Source of the DNA: Hyphochytrium catenoides
Taxonomy: Eukaryota > Protista > Hyphochytriomycota
Reading direction: 5' to 3'
Length of the DNA stretch: 64,000 bases
Assembly (NCBI GenBank): GCA_900088475.1
Contig: FLMG01001623.1
Location: 1 to 64,000, forward strand
The notes under the pieces were generated by a model. The model was not told the DNA's origin. It ran no database searches and was given only the letters and a program-made list of their open reading frames with translations. Made by a program: the position numbers and the translations under genes. Positions 61,321 to 64,000 of the stretch are shown in pieces. Within the stretch, counting starts at the first letter, position 1, and every line of letters begins with the position of its first letter.

Positions 61321-62451
61321 TCTCCTCACTCTTTTGGCAGCTGGAGACAGTATATAGGATACGTCCTACAATGGCTCAAATGTGCTTCTTCGCGGGTCGT
61401 CTAGCCACATATCACCTAGTCGCGATCTTAACTAATGCCCCTTTTCCCTTCTATGACTGGCTAGGCCAAATCGTACTACCCCCGACCTGGTTTTCAGAAG
61501 TCAACTGAGTACATCTGCCAACACTGGGAGCCTGGCAATTGACAGGGCTCTACTTCCCCGTTCCTGGCAAGCTCCTCGTCATAGAACCACTCTCATCGTT
61601 GACTCACAATCACCCTTCATCGACTGCTGCTGCTGCGGCGTAGCTATAGTTCTAGCTGTTGATGCTGCTTGCTGTGGTGGCAGGACTATGGTTGCACACA
61701 AAGGTGAGCATCAGAAAGACAGCAAGACAGCAAGCCAGAAAGAGATATCCCAAGAATCACAACAGCTTTGATCCTTCAGCATGATCTTATTTCAGTTATC
61801 ATAGTGCTTCGGGTAACGGACAATCCATGGCACTGCAGAGTATGAGGTGTCGTCCAGCTTTTTACCAGCGTTCTATGCTGTGGCGACGTGGCGACCTTCG
61901 ACTGAGGGTGGTTTAGACTCAATCAGCTTGAGATGTTGATGAGACGGGGCCCGTCCCAGCCTTCTTATCAGCGCTCTATGGGTGGCGACATCTGACTGAT
62001 GAGGATGTTGAGACTCACTTAGCACCTTATTAATTATGGCCACCCAGATCAGAAGAAGGTAGACGGAAATGGAGAGTGTCGATTTCTCTTCCAGAATTTC
62101 TGAACTCTAAAGTTTTTGATGTCGTTGGGTGCAGTAAGACTGACCGAGTCTATTGTAGCATAGTGTCTCCTCATTTAAAAGTTACCGCTGTCTGTGTGGG
62201 GCTAAAGAGAATAAGAGACCTGCTACATCACCCACAGACTCAGTTGGTCGGATTTTCAGTGCAGTTGACCTCGTGAAGTGGCTTACCCTAGTCCTAACCC
62301 TGACCAGGATGGGCACTGTTGATTTTTTTGGCATGGGGCCGCTGGAAATGTGACTCTTCTCGATGATTTGCTCCTTACGCCGCTGCTTTGACTTTTGAGC
62401 ATCATCGCTGGCTGAACCTCTCAGCCGCCCCTTTGCGGCAGAATACGCCCG

Positions 62452-63288
62452 TCATGCCCTGCACTCTCGTTCTTGAGGAGTCTCAGAACAGCACTGTTTG
62501 CATGGTCGGATAAGTGTCCCCGCCTTGTCGTATTTGCAATAAGGTCCGATGCCAGGCTGAAAGTGGCAATCCCCTGTATTGGTCATTGAGCAGCTTTGAC
62601 ACCGTAGGCTGTTGACTGTGGCTGCCCCCTCCTCCCCGTACCAACTCCAGAGCAGATCCATCTCACAAGGCAAACAGGGCTCCGCCTCCGAACACGCCAA
62701 TCCCTGTGGACAATTGCGAAATTAGGTTCACAGCTGTCAATAGAAACAGGATTTTGAAGCTCATCACCTCGCCTCTATTGCAGTCCCTGGTGTAGTTGAG
62801 TGCCGTTGCAACGGAAGGACAGGGGTTCCGGTGCTCCGTTGCCTGATTCTTGTTTCCATCAACGACCTGAGTGCTGCTTACTTTGCCTCCCTTCGTGCTT
62901 AAAAGGCAATCGATCCGCATATTCGAGACAAATGACCTAGAGTTTCGAGTCAACCGAATCCCCGCATAATAGATATGGTAATACTGGACCAGCACCATCG
63001 CAGTCACGATACCTGCAGCCGTTTGCTTACGGACTGAGAACCCATAGTCATAATCATAAAGCAAAGACCTTACTTACCCATCACAGCCTTTTGGCCATTC
63101 CGGTACGACTTTCTACCATCAGGAGAACAGCAGCTGACCAGCCCTATCACCGCTACGAAGAGCAGTAAACAAGCAAAGGTCAAGCTGGCGATCTCCTCCA
63201 TGACAGCATATGATTTCAAAGCATTTAGCTGTTTAAGTGAGGTTGCAGCATAGCTGAACTTCTGTGGCACACCCAGCACTACGTCCAT
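62452..63288 (-). CDS. Hypothetical membrane protein with two TM helices and a Cys-rich C-terminal domain (5' end uncertain)
   Basis: Four exons join in phase: TM IASLTFACLLLFVAVIGLV; TM AAGIVTAMVLVQYYHIYYAGI; then CPSV...DCNRGE|GLACSEAEPCLPC...CQSCSMTNTGDCHFQPGIGPYC...PCKQCCSE. Confidence 0.6.
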
Positions 63289-64000
63289 AGTGCGAGAGGA
63301 CTATACCTATCAGAGAGTATTAAGGGAATACTGGGCCAACAGGTGCAGGCAGCGTCAGTGACAGGGGACAGGTATGAGAATCGGAGTGCTGCTAAGCCTA
63401 AGGTCTTCGGGCTTATGCCACAGACGTGGGCTGCATCAACCTTTCCGTTTCCCACGACCTCGCGCGGGATAGTCATCGCAGCATAGAGACCAAGCGACCA
63501 GACTTCATGATCTCCGTCTTACACCCTGCGGTTGGCATCAAGAATCAAGACCTAACTACTCGCCATTGACGAGCGAGCACTCTAGCTCATAGCCTCAACA
63601 ATGGAAGGAGGAACAACGATGGAGTGGAAGAGAGAATGATGGATTACAGTATGCCCTTTCAGCAGGCAATGCAAACCTCCCCCAGGAGCTTTGTGTCAGG
63701 AAGACCGTTACTGGGCAGGATTCTGATCCATCATCTCTCTTCTAATCTCCGTCCAGAAAGCTGTATGCTGGCCTTGATCCAAACTCCTCGGTTGTTGAGG
63801 AGCAGGATAGAAGCTCCAGGTCCTCGACGCAATGGCTGATAGAGTCTCTCTGGTGACTCCCATTGGTCTGCCCTTGAATTTTCCGAAGCTTGAGGCAGCA
63901 AGCCGGCAGGATGCGCTTGTTGAATAGGGAGGATGGCAGACAATAGCTCAACGGGAACAGCTGGCGACGATAAGGAACTCCAGGCAGAGAGAGGCGCCCT

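Overview
Eukaryotic nuclear DNA: about 50% GC, standard genetic code, short GT-AG introns (mostly 50-200 nt) with CTAAC/CTGAC-type branch points, CT microsatellites and four N-gaps. Probably a protist; the gene content feels stramenopile-like, but I cannot prove the taxon. The ORF track fragments most genes, so I spliced them by hand. In order: the 3' end of a Ser/Thr/Pro-rich surface protein; Nup93/Nic96; a tail-anchored PDZ protein; a multi-thioredoxin PDI ending KEEL; a hypothetical coiled-coil gene; a PA-PA-ankyrin-coiled coil-TPR-Lon helix-IQ-IQ-WGR protein; a stand-alone TAZ zinc finger; a PTEN-C2-PH protein with four intron-split helical repeats; a BAHD acyltransferase with an in-frame TGA; an SLC49/FLVCR-type MFS transporter; GalE; an RPRD/Rtt103-type CID protein; a DFR/CCR-like SDR; a temptin-FN3-ferric reductase fusion; EndoU; FAD synthetase; and a 2-TM Cys-rich protein. 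I recognised no rRNA, tRNA, CRISPR array or intact transposon. The best novelty candidates are the PA/ankyrin/Lon-helix/IQ/WGR protein (17247-21937), the temptin-FN3-ferric reductase (50907-54058) and the PTEN-PH tail repeats (25330-26430). Exon boundaries are manual and were not checked against transcripts; family assignments come from recalled motifs, not database searches.
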